Origin: Calcarisporiella thermophila CBS 279.70
Taxonomy: Eukaryota > Fungi > Calcarisporiellomycota
NCBI RefSeq assembly: GCF_041956535.1
Contig: NW_027192194.1
Location: 403,444 to 467,443, forward strand
Direction: 5' to 3'
Length of the DNA: 64,000 bases
In this document: piece after piece, positions 12,895-24,700 of the stretch
Numbering within the stretch: position 1 is the stretch's first letter
Layout: each line of letters opens with the position of its first letter
Program-made: the position numbers and the translations under genes
The notes under the pieces: generated by a model
Database searches by the model: none
What the model was told of the DNA's origin: nothing
The model's input: only the letters and a program-made list of their open reading frames with translations

Positions 12895-13727
12895 TAGAAG
12901 CAAAGGGGAGAAGAAGGGCTCTTCTCAGTATAGTTCGGGATTGCGAGGGAGAGGATGGAGAGAGATGGAGAAGGGACGGAGGATGGGGGAGATGGAGAGG
13001 GAAAAACTGGGAATATCCTCGAGCAAAATGCGGACTGATTGTAATGCAAAATCCGCCCCTGTCAAAAAACGATTTGATCGAAACTCAATTTTCAAGGGGT
13101 GGCTGTTAGCCAAGCTGAGATCGAAATGATGGGGCCAAGGATTGGGCATGCCACCCGCTGAAAAATAAAAACATATCCGGAAATCACAGTATGATGTTTG
13201 GCAAGCGGGGATGCGCTGGGAGCGCTGCTTTTGGCTGCAACGAGTTTTCTGCAACACGAGGTCATTAAGCGGTATCCATATTGCTAACACACAAGTTCGG
13301 GCCAGGCCATTGCTCCGCCGCGGCTTGATGTTGATATACCCCTCGCAAGCTTCGCTGCCAGCTGGTTTACAACCGGGTTTGGCTGCACTAAACCTAAAGA
13401 CGCTTGGCAAACCGAACAACAAGCGCTCGCGCCCCCTTTCCATTAGACGAAGCCTCGATAAATTGGAGTAACATTGTATTAATCAAAGGAAATAACACGA
13501 AATTAGGAAGCCACTGCAAATTAGCAGTGGAGAAATGAGAAAAGCAATCTTTTCAACGGGTTGATGCCAAAAGGTGTTTGCAGCTCGTTGAATGAACACG
13601 GTGCCTTAAAATATCCCGGGATTATCAGGGGCAATAGTAAAGGATAGTCTAATGGGCTTCTACATCTTCTTTTCGCAGTATTGATGCATCATTAACTATG
13701 AGCAAAAACTTTACAAATATATACAGT

Positions 13728-14154
13728 TTATTGAGAGTCTTTCTCCAACCATGACTTGATCTGCTTTAACATTTCCAACTTGACAGTCTTTGGGACAGCT
13801 TCTAAATAAACAAAAAACAGACGACTTTATAAATTACAGCAAGATAAATAATGCTATTACTATTACCTCTTGCATGGGGGATCAGCTCTTTCATTAATCG
13901 CTCCATGGAAGGGGCCTCCCCACTCGGAGCTTGTAAGTCTGCATGCCATGCACATGTATATAAATGAATCTTCCCATATTTAAGAACACAATACCAATAA
14001 TCCTACTTTTACAACGCGCCTTAATCTCATCTTTCCAACCGCTCTCGCTTAATCTCTGTGTTAATAACTGATAGAGATGTTCATGTTCGCCCGATTCTAT
14101 GAACTCTCTATTTGCAGCAATGCGCAGAGGCGTTGGCGGATCGCTATTTGACAT
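13728..14154 (-). CDS. SUS1: SAGA/TREX-2 subunit Sus1/ENY2
   Basis: 'FIESGEHEHLYQLLTQRLSESGWKDEIKARCK'. Two introns; spliced continuation 'LMKELIPHAREAVPKTVKLEMLKQIKSWL'. Confidence 0.9.
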
Positions 14155-14299
14155 AGTTGAAGGCTCAATAGGTGGGATGTGAAGTCACGCTAAAAATTAG
14201 GTCTTAATTTTTCTGGGAGCGTATTCCATGTAATTTTTCGTGTTCATCAAACTACTCTGGTCAAATTCAATTATTCTATTCATCTTAAACATTAGGGAA

Positions 14300-14868
14300 A
14301 TGGTAAAATCGACGATCTTTTTTTTTCTCAAAAGAATAATCGTATTCCTTATGAAATTTAATATTTTTAGGCTGCTCAAAATCAAAGCATTCAAACTCTT
14401 CTCGAAGCCGAAAAGGAGGCAGCCAAGATCGTCCAGAAAGCAAAGCAGTGTAGGCTCTACTATTTTTCCCTTGCTCTTTGTTCACTGCTGATTAGTTTTT
14501 TATGGCTAAATATCTGGCATCATTAATAATAGATCGTGTTCAGCGATTGAAGGATGCTCGCACTGAAGCCACGAAGGAAATTGAGCAGCTGAAGCATCAG
14601 AAAGAGGAGGAATTCAAGATGTATGAGAAAGAGGTAATTCCTATAGCATCCTCTAGCATCCTATTGTTAGATGCTAATGGCTGCATGATTCTAGCATACT
14701 GGCACATCAAGTCAGCTCGTCCAAAGATTGGAGGCCGAAACTGAACAGAAGATAAAGGAGATCCGCGAGCAATATGAGAAGAATAAGAAAGAAGTCGTTG
14801 AAAAATTGCTACTCACAGTTACTACAGTTGAGCCAAAAATCCACGAGAACTTCCGCGCATCACAATAG
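14300..14868 (+). CDS. VMA10: V-ATPase subunit G
   Basis: ATG-only first coding exon (14300-14302), intron to 14370, then 'AAQNQSIQTLLEAEKEAAKIVQKAKQYRVQRLKDARTEATKEIE'. Ends 'VEPKIHENFRASQ*'. Confidence 0.93.
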
Positions 14869-16143
14869 GTGTTATAGTGATATATGACTTTTCTCATATT
14901 GAATAATAGAAAATAAAAAAAATTATTATTTACAAGAGCATCCTCAACATAAGACGAGTATGCATAACAAACACCGAATCTCTTGATCTTTTAGCGACTG
15001 TTTTTTGTGCTCTTTTGTTCAATCCTCTTGTGTATAGATGTCTAATAGACAATTAAGTATTGCGAGAGGAGCGCGAATACTATCTAATTCTGGCTTTAGA
15101 TATACATGCTACTACTCTCACCTTACAGGCAAAGTGTGATAGATATATAATCACAGAATAAAGATCTGATATCTGCCAGTATATCTTATGACATTAATAG
15201 TTATGGCTAACAAGTCAAACCGTTAGTTCAGGTTGAGTTTTTCATCTACTATATTAAACATCCATGCCAACAGCTGTAACCACCTTATTTGCGATGACCA
15301 TGTGATTCCTCTTTCTTACAATACTAGGTCTACTTTGTGCATTGATTGGTGCAAACTTTCATTCTTGTGCCCGAGAATATAAGATTGGATCCTTTAGCAG
15401 AATGTAATCGTACCAGTTACGTTTTCATAGAATAAAATATGGCCTACTTTCATTCATCCGATCCCGAATGTTAAAGAGAAGACTAGTAAAATGCAACATT
15501 GATGACTGGAGTAAGTTATTATTAGTTCTAGAAATGATCCTCATGTTGCACTGAAATATCAGAGGCTGATACATATACTCAATTGTTAATTTCCAAGAGT
15601 TTTGCCTAGATGTATTATAATAAGATGAATCGATACATACCGTAGAGCCATGATAGGGATTGTTTAGCTTTAGATCATCTTGGAAGTAGGGGAAGAATGG
15701 AATAAAAACTATCGACATCGATAGAGTTGTTCTCGATATATTACATAATATTATTATGACACAAAGGATATTATGGATATCGATTCTACCACACTTATCG
15801 GTAAAAAAACTCTTAAAATATTAAAATTTTTTGTTTAGACGACTAAAAACCCGCGAGAAAGAGAAAATCTTCCTTTCCATTAATCTACTTATCATCTACT
15901 GAAGCAAAGATTATTCTTCATTCTTTTTGTTCTTGTCTTAATCCTCGCATTTCCTTAATCGCTTTTGCTTAATCGCTTTTTTACCTATAATAAGTCTTGT
16001 TTAATTGCTTTATTCTCTTATTTTTCTTACCTCTTATAAGTGTGGCTCTTCCCATCTATCCCATTCCATCATTGTACTAATCAATCAAACACCATTTTCC
16101 ACCCAAAATTCCACCCCTTGAGCTCACAGGACTACAGTCCACT

Positions 16144-17986
16144 ATGACTGTGGCAGTCACCCGTCGACGCAAACGCAATTCCAATTGGGAAGAGGAGTTT
16201 TACCGCAACGGCTATCCGCGGGAAGTCATTGTTATCGATTCTCCTACTCCTCCGCCTCCACCCACCGCCCCAACCCTTCTGCCTCCTCTTACTGCACCTA
16301 CAACCTACTCCTCTTCATCGTCAAGACCCCCAATTAATGAGAATGGGGGTGTTTTGCCGAGCCCTTATTCGGGATTGACTGAAAGCCCCGCCAGGCATAT
16401 TAGCTCGGTGAGAAGAGGAAAGAGAGAGGATATACCAGGCACAAAGAGGCGCAAAATGGACATGCATGCTGGAAGGACTGTCGGCGGGGGAGCCACATAC
16501 TATCCTTGCTATGCTGGGGGTGATTGCGTGGATTGTGCCTCAGGGATTGCGAGACATGAGGAAGTATCATATAGAGAGGTATGTGAACTATTGGTCTATG
16601 GCCTATTATGATGATGAGATAGAGTTAATATATTTTATGAACCTTCAATTCGAATGGCAGATTTATCCACCGCCTCCACCACTTCCTCCACCCTCAGCTG
16701 TTACTCGCACCTTACCTCCAGGGCAACCCGCATATGACGATAAAGATGGGCATTATATAGTCATTCCAGATGATGACCTAACACCACGATGTAAATATCC
16801 GAGGTGTTATCCAGTGTTATGCACTCATTCTAATACTCCTCCTTTTAGATCGCATTATACGGCAGCTTGGACAGGGTACTTTCGGCAAAGTTGTAGAATG
16901 TTGGGATAGAGTCACTCGCACCTACTGCGCTATCAAGATTATAAGAGCAATCCAAAAATATCGAGATGCGAGCAAGATCGAGATCCGAGTGCTGAACACT
17001 TTGAAAGATAAAGATCCGTTAAATCTCAAGTATATACCTAATTTCTACTCCTCTAGTAAAATAAGCGAGATATTCAGCTATGTCTGTGTATATGTCCGTT
17101 TTTAGCAAATGCATTCATTTGCGGGAGTGCTTCGATTTTCGCAACCATATATGCATGGTGTTCGACTTACTCGGGCAATCCGTATTCGATTTCTTGAAAG
17201 AGAATGGATTCGCACCATTTCCCCCAGATCAAATACAAGATTTTGCGAAACAGCTCTTGACAAGTGTTGCTTGTAAGTCTCCGCTTTCACCTCTTTATTT
17301 TAATACTTTACTTTAAGTTTGAACTAATATATATATATTCATATTGGTTCTTAGTTCTTCATGATCTGCACCTTATCCATACCGATCTCAAGCCAGAAAA
17401 CATTCTTTTAGTCAATGGAGAGTACAAGATGGTATCAAGTCGTCGCCATCCCTCAAAGATGCAACGCGTGCTGCTCGACACCGAGATCAGACTCATTGAT
17501 TTTGGGAGTGCTACATTTGAATCCGAGTACCATTCTTCGGTGGTTTCCACTCGACATTACCGCGCTCCAGAGGTTATACTAGGAATGGGATGGTCATACC
17601 CGTGTGACATCTGGTCCATTGGTTGTATTCTGGTCGAATTATATACTGGTGATGCACTTTTTCAGACCCACGACAATCTAGAGCACTTGGCCATGATGGA
17701 GGCAGTACTGGGGCGGATGGGAGAGAGGATGGTGCGGCAGGCCTCTAAACAATATCAAAAGTATTTTCGAGGCGGGCGGCTGGATTATCCTAACGAAGAG
17801 ACGAATCGGCAGAGTAGAAAATATGTGAAGGCGATGCGCCCACTACACGAGATTGTGCCCCCCACCTCGGCATTAAACGAACTGTTTTTGAATTTACTAA
17901 GGAAACTGTTGGTCTACGATCCGGTGGAGCGGATAACAGCAAGAGAAGCCTTAAGGCATCCTTACTTTTTTGCACAGGCCAACTGA
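16144..17986 (+). CDS. LAMMER/CLK dual-specificity kinase (Lkh1/Kns1-like)
   Basis: LGQGTFGKV, AIKII, HTDLKPEN, DFGSAT, STRHYRAPE and the family signature EHLAMME. Four introns. Confidence 0.95.
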
Positions 17987-18708
17987 AAATTTAATGGGTT
18001 TATCTGGAAGATCTCTGTTTATTTTTTGAGGGTTTTTTTTTGCTAGGATGTTGAAATGGGTCTTTTATTTTTTGCTCTTTTTTCACTTTACTCTTTTGTT
18101 AGTATAAATTATACTCTTATTGCCAATTTTCTGATGAGTGTGTGAAATAATAAGATTTATTTTGTTTCTCCCTCTGTGCTTTTACCTCTTCGTGCATATT
18201 CACACATTCGAAAAAATAAGAGATGTTTCGTTATTTTTATGAACCTACATCTTTGTCATTTTTCCCTTATGTATATTTTTTTTTCTGGTATTCTTTTAGT
18301 ATTTATAACCTTTTTTTTTTGGAAGACCAAAAACAATCAATATATATGTTATGTATATATCTACGTCCATTTGCCAACTTTGCCAGTCTGCCAACTGCTT
18401 ATTGATCCAATCATGACCATGGGGATAATCTTCATTAGCCACTCCCAATATCATGATATATTCCTACTAACATAAAGCGGCAAAATATAAGTATATGTAT
18501 ATGAAAAAAAAACACAAAATATATTACATTACAATAAAAAAAAAAAGAAAAAGAAAAACGTGAAAAAAACTAATTAAAAAAGATTAAACGAGGATAAATT
18601 GAGCAAAACATACAATTTAATAAAATAAATGTGGCTAGAAGAAAAAGTGAATTAATTTATAACACAACAAGGAGAGAAATAGCATATCAAATTTCAGAAT
18701 TCTTTGCG

Positions 18709-20459
18709 CTAGCTTTCATCTCTCTCCATACTCGCGGCCAGTTTTTTCAATACATCCATAGGCTCCAACTTTACTAGCTGCTCCTGTTCCTGTCGTTCTC
18801 CTATTGCTCCAATAAGCCGTTTGAAGAGGCCATCGCCATAGGCTCGTACTGCACGATCAAATTGCGAAGCCTGGTACATTGAATGATGCAGTCTATCCAC
18901 ATGGTTTTCCAAATTCATTGCAAAGGTGTCGAAATTATCTCCTTCACTTGGAGCGAAATGGCGATGCCAAAATGCTCGTTCTTCGTCAGTGAGTGCATTC
19001 ATATCGAAAATTTGGCTTGAATCCATGGGAGGTGTGGGATGTGAGACGGCGGAAGAAGTGGAGGGATGGATGGGATCAGTTAGTTGTGTACGAATTTGGT
19101 TTGGGGGGTCATTGGGTGTGTGTCCCGGAGGAAGTATTGCGGCGCAAGAGTCTACGGCTCTTGCATGTAGTTCGTAGAAACGGTGATTTAGCGATTTCCA
19201 TAGTTGGATCTCATTTTCGAGTCTAGAAGCAGATTTAATAGCGTTAGATTCCAACCAAATACCCATGCATCCGCGTTTGTATTCCATACCGATCTACTCT
19301 CTCTTGATATTCTATTCGTTTCTGAGCATTCACCACATTTTGAGGATGTGGTTTTTTTTCAGTAGTTATATCCTCCTGTGCTCCATCATTCTAAACAAAA
19401 AGTAAAGTACATGAGCTATAATGATCATTGAAACCAGGCGAATATAATGTAATTACTATTCGATGTAGCCACGATGTGTTAATTTTACCGTTCATTAGAG
19501 CGTTTATCACATCCTCTTGAATTGATTTTGCTAAAATTACATTTAAAAAATTAGTATCCCTTATAACAGCTAATATCAACTGCAATTCACAATACCTATT
19601 CTTGTAGCGTTCGAGGTTTCGGGCTGTGAATTAATACACCGTCTTGCACACCATACTAATAGCTGGCGCATTTGCTGTGGAGGAGGAATTTCTGGTGAAA
19701 TATGTCGATAGAAATCCTTGGGATCAATTTCGGGATGTGGTACAGCTATATAAAAAAAAAGCATGAGCTGGGCTAGAAGGAACACATGTTTGTATCAAGC
19801 TATATCTACCAATAACACCACTTGCCATTCTTGACAATCTCTTTCCTCGAAGTTGGAAACTTGAGCGCCTCCGAACATTGCGGAACTCCTTATTTCGTGC
19901 TATTAAAGGTGTCTCATTCACGGGCATTGGTATTAAGAGTTCTGTGACCGCTGGAAGGGGTGGTTGGCGTCTCAGAGAAAAGCTTGTGTGCTCGCCTCCG
20001 AATGCCGGCGGAAGTTGTGCACCAATATCTTGTTTTGATGAGATGGAGGGACGAGAACCAGATATCTGTCGTAAATTTTTGCGACGTTTAAATACGAAGC
20101 CACAATCCTCTTCTTGCTCAGATTCTACAAGAACAAATAGGTTGATTTAACAAAAGCAACGAAAATATAATGTTGTTTTTATCCAAATCCTGGCATCGAT
20201 TACTATAAATTGATCTTTATCTAAAAAAATACTGATACCAACCTCGAATTTTTTCCTGATTCAATAAAGACACGGAAAAAAATATAGCAAAAGTATATTA
20301 ATACCAGGATCTATATGGGATCGACGTTATAAATTAAATTACCCCTTTTCCTTCTGATTTCAGCTCTTTATTGTGTTGTCCATTTACCGGCCGATTTTCA
20401 TCCAATGCATCGAAATCTATTTTACGTCGATTGACGAGAGTGTAATTTGATTGATTCAT
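18709..20459 (-). CDS. DSN1: Kinetochore Mis12-complex subunit Mis13/Dsn1
   Basis: 'RRRSSFQLRGKRLS', 'PHPEIDPKDFYRHISPEIPPPQQMRQLLVWC', 'INTSW' and C-terminal 'PMDVLKKLA'. Multi-exon, including a 13-nt exon at 20243-20255. Confidence 0.85.
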
Positions 20460-20586
20460 TATATCAGGCTAAACCGCTTTTATAAACACCTAGATCTACG
20501 CAAGTGTTTACACTGGGCGCAAATTGACTCTAATTCCGGTGATGTTAAAGTCCTAATTATATTGGTTATTTAATTTTTTTTTAAAA

Positions 20587-20602
20587 ACGCGAAAATTCGC
20601 GT
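20587..20602. promoter_or_regulatory. E2F/SBF-MBF-like cell-cycle box (near-palindromic ACGCGAAAATTCGCGT) upstream of DSN1
   Basis: Two opposed CGCG cores in an AT-rich promoter, about 130 bp upstream of the ATG of a kinetochore gene. Confidence 0.5.
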
Positions 20603-21160
20603 ATCTCCTTTTTTATGATGATACGTCATCAATGGCTTAACCGTTGCTCTATTGGCATCTGCTATTTTGGATTGCATTGCGTTACAACTATTTAATACGA
20701 AACAAATGTTGATACTCTAATATAACCACCAAGGTAATAATAGATTTACAGCCAGAAATATCTGACTAGATGCACTAGTTCAAAAATGATTGGTGAGAGA
20801 AATATTTATTAGATTTTTTAAGAAAAAGTTATTATCTGAGAGTCAATAGGTTACTATTGATCTTGAATCAAGACCATCTTCTCTACCACAGCATTATATG
20901 CAATAATAAACACACCCACCCACTCTTTTCTTATTGCATTCAAAAGGTATAGCTCTAAATAGGTCAAAAAGTCGAGTTTCTCACAATCTGTTTTTCTATG
21001 GGGATACCTAAACTTTATGTCATTTGAGCACGCTTCTGCTTCGAAGGCTGTGTGTGGTGGAGGTCTCGAGATAGGAGGAAAGAAGAATTTCTTTCTTATT
21101 TCTTTCTCATAAAATCGTTCCACTTTTACTCACCTTTATATATCTTTTTTTTTTTCAAGT

Positions 21161-21455
21161 ATGTTTGCAACTGCTACTCGCTCTTCCCTTCGAGCACGCT
21201 CTGCTCGAACTCTTTTGCGTTCAGAGGGCCCTCGTCCAAAGCCTGCCGTGGACAGCGCTAATCAAACTAATGGTGCAAATAAACAGAGCTCAGGACCAAG
21301 TGGCACTACCATTTTGCTTATTATTGCTGCAGCCGGCGGTGGATACTGGTGGATGACTTCAAAGAGTAAGAAAAGTTTTCTCCGTTGAACTGCCTAACTG
21401 TTTTATTAATATAGCCATTCCTATGATAGAAACTGAAGGCACTAAGGAAAATTGA
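21161..21455 (+). CDS. 81-aa single-pass protein with a predicted mitochondrial presequence, family unknown
   Basis: MFATATRSSLRARSARTLLRS is R/S/A-rich with no acidic residues. TM segment 'TILLIIAAAGGGYWWM'. Intron 21366-21414 has GTAAG donor, CTAAC branch and TAG acceptor; the spliced ORF is 246 nt. Confidence 0.75.
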
Positions 21456-21719
21456 ATTTTATCAGTCCTTATATTATTCTCTTTCGTGTCTTTCTAAGTC
21501 ATATAAATCACGTAATAAAATTGGTTTCGCTCTTCGTATCTAGTAAGGGGGCTGCGCCACTTAAGTGACGTTTTATTTGTGCATTTATTTGAGTCCGGTG
21601 TGGGGGACGCGACCGAAGCAAGTTGTGTAGAGGTGTTGTAAGAATAAGTGATTTTGATCCTGAAACCCTTAGAGTACAAGCACAAAAAGTAATTACAAGG
21701 AGGTTTGGCTGCATTGAAA

Positions 21720-24700
21720 ATGGTGGAAGCTAAACTTGCCGAGCATACCAGCGGCGAAACATCGTGGCAAGAATTCGTCGAAACTGAGCTCAGGAGCTAT
21801 ACTACGAGCTCAAATGTCCAAGATAGATTAGACTTTTTCAAGCACAGATTGCTTGTGAGATTGAGAAGAAAAGGTAGACGGGCTAGTTTCATGTTGCTAA
21901 AGCTGACATGTGTTTCGAATGTAATCTCAACCTTTGATTTATAATGTATCTAGATCTATCAGAGCCCCTCTTGCCATCCATTGTTCAGCTTCTCTTTCTG
22001 ACCTACCCTCGTTATGAAGATCGTCCATCGCGCCAGATGGTACTCCAAATGTTTTCGGAACTCAATGAGTGGAATTCTAAAGCATTTCTCAATGTAATTG
22101 TTCCCATTCTGACGAAAGAAGTCGAGAAAACACACAAGAGAAGCCCTGAAGGGTATGAAGATTATATGATGACTTCTATGAGGATCATAGACAGCACGAT
22201 ACTTATGTTACATACAATTGGCGTCTCAATTAGGGTAATCTCTTCTGCTGTGTCACTCAGATTTGTGCTGCTCACATGGGCTAATCACTTAATCGGGTGT
22301 GCGCTGACCAGTTCAACTCCTGACGCGTCACCACATTGGCAAGTGCTCGTAAATGCTCAAGCCATCTTAATGGACGGGATTGCGGGTGAACAACGCAAAG
22401 GGTTACGCGAGAGTAGTTTTGTGGATACGCGACGATGTATTCGAAAAGTACGCTCTTGCTGAGGCGACTGTGGTGTTATTAGTTTTTCTAAAATGCCTGC
22501 TGTTTTAATAGAATGCATCAGCAATTCCTGCTTATTTTTCGCTGCTCACCAAGGGAACTACCAATCCACCCTATCGTAACGCTGTATTGTTGGGCATCGT
22601 TATTGATGTGGCCTTACGCTTGAAGTCGATGGATGGGAAGGAATTAGTTGAAAAAGAAAAGGTCCGTCTAGAACATTCTTGTTGACCACTGATGCTATCC
22701 TCTTAACTGCTCAATTTTTCCACCTAGGAATCTATTATTAAATTCTACTTGACTAATATCCTTGCTTCGAAGCAGAAAGTCACTGGTCCTGCAATGGTAT
22801 ATACCCATAATTTTATGCCAAAATTAATCTCATTAACTGATGAGTTCCATTAGAACGCTTTTCATGATTTCATTGCGAACATAGTGTCGGAAGCTGACTT
22901 TAGAGATGTGATTGCACCGCAACTTGAGAAGGTCATACTACGATCACCAGAGGTAGTTCTTAAAGGTCTGTTATGGTATTTTAGCTTCTTCCTCGAATAT
23001 TTCGTTCTAATTCATTTTTACTGTTGTTTCTTGTAGTGGTCTCGCACTTTATTGATGCTATCACATTTGATCCTTCGAATGTGTTCAAGACCAAGCTTAT
23101 TGATCCTTGGCTTAATCAACTTCGCTCAAGTAATCCGGCTGTGCGCGCGGATGCATTTACTCTTTGGGACAGCTTTACTGCTAAAAGCCGTGACGCTGAC
23201 AATATTGTTGCGATAACAGAGCATTTGTCCAAACAGCTTGTCGGAGGCAAAATTTCCAACTGGGAACACCGCCAGCTCTTTTACCAGTGCATGGGCAAAC
23301 TTTCAAGACAAAAGCTCAACTCAGTGTCGGAGGCAAATGGTGAGGTTCTGGTTGCACAAATTGCAAAAGAACTCAATGAGAATGCACTCGTGGCAGCAGT
23401 TATGGCTCTGGGAGACCATCTGGTAGTATTGGTGCCAAGCGAAGGAGGGAAGGCAACTGTGACAAAGGCAGTAACAGCGGCAACTACGGGGCTAGGAAGT
23501 GCCAAATTTAATGTTCGAAAGGCTTGGTCGTCCATTGTTGCAAAATTGATCTGGGAGCAAGGCCGTAAGTTTAATAGCTAAATAATTTTTGGGTGCTCTT
23601 GCTGACTACCAACTTACCTTAGTTAATCCATCGGATACCCTGCGAACGTGTGCCTTCAAACTTTTTGCACCGATGATGGCTACGCTCGAAAAAATTCAGG
23701 CCAGTCCCCTAGCATTTCCGGGGGGACCACTCGAGGGCTATGAGGCTATTGCAATTGCCGAGGGTCGCCTGAAAAACTGGAATAGCCCTGAAATTGGTAT
23801 TTTATATTGTGTTATTATAGTGTTTTTTGTGGAAAAATAGAACTAACTCATAGACTTCAACTATGACACAGGCGCAATTCTGAAGGACAAAAAATTCAGA
23901 GACATCATTCTATGCCAGACACCAAAACCTAGCTTTTTATACTGGGAAAAACTTTACACCAAGCTCACTTCGGATGACGAAGGTTTATGGCTTAGTCGAG
24001 CATTGGAGTCGCTCCTCATTAACGAAGATCTGAAAAGCTATTCAAACGCTAGGTTTGTTTCAACATCTTTTAGTATCGTAATTCTACTTTGACTAAAAGT
24101 ACATCATTAACAGGGATGCCATTGGCTATGCGTTGATATATCTGCTAGTTGGATCGCCCTTCCATTCTACCCGCCAAGCGACATTTGAAATGCTGCACCG
24201 GTGCAATTTGCAAAAACCGGACAGGGTAGGCGAGATCATGAGAAACGGTTTAATGAGATGGTTGAAAGAAGTGAGTGGAGGCTATTTGTTATTATCCATT
24301 TAGATTTTTTCTAGATGGGTATTTTTTACCTTTTATTAGATCGAGAGTATGTCCAAGGATTCTCTCCCGTGCACCGTCTCTGCTTCACTTGTCAGACAAA
24401 CTGAAGCCCAACGTTTGTCTAGTGTCATTAACTCGATCACATTGTTTTCGCCTGATGCTGACAAATCTTTGCTTGAGCGAATTCTTGTCGATATTGCCAT
24501 CCTGGCCCACCATCCTAGGATCGGTACGTATTGAAACAAAAAGCTGAAGGGGTTCTATCTAACAATTACCATCTTTATAGCAACCTCTGATAGTTGGAAT
24601 TGGATTTCGCTGATCCAGCGTGCTGGAATTAATCCTGGCATGCTTGTCGAAGTTCATAAGGAAGAGCTGGTTCAGATAATTACCACGTATCTGGAGAGCA

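Noticed and set aside
12925-13471. 172-aa ORF upstream of the metalloprotease
   Set aside because: No domain or splice support; it lies in the probable promoter/5' UTR.
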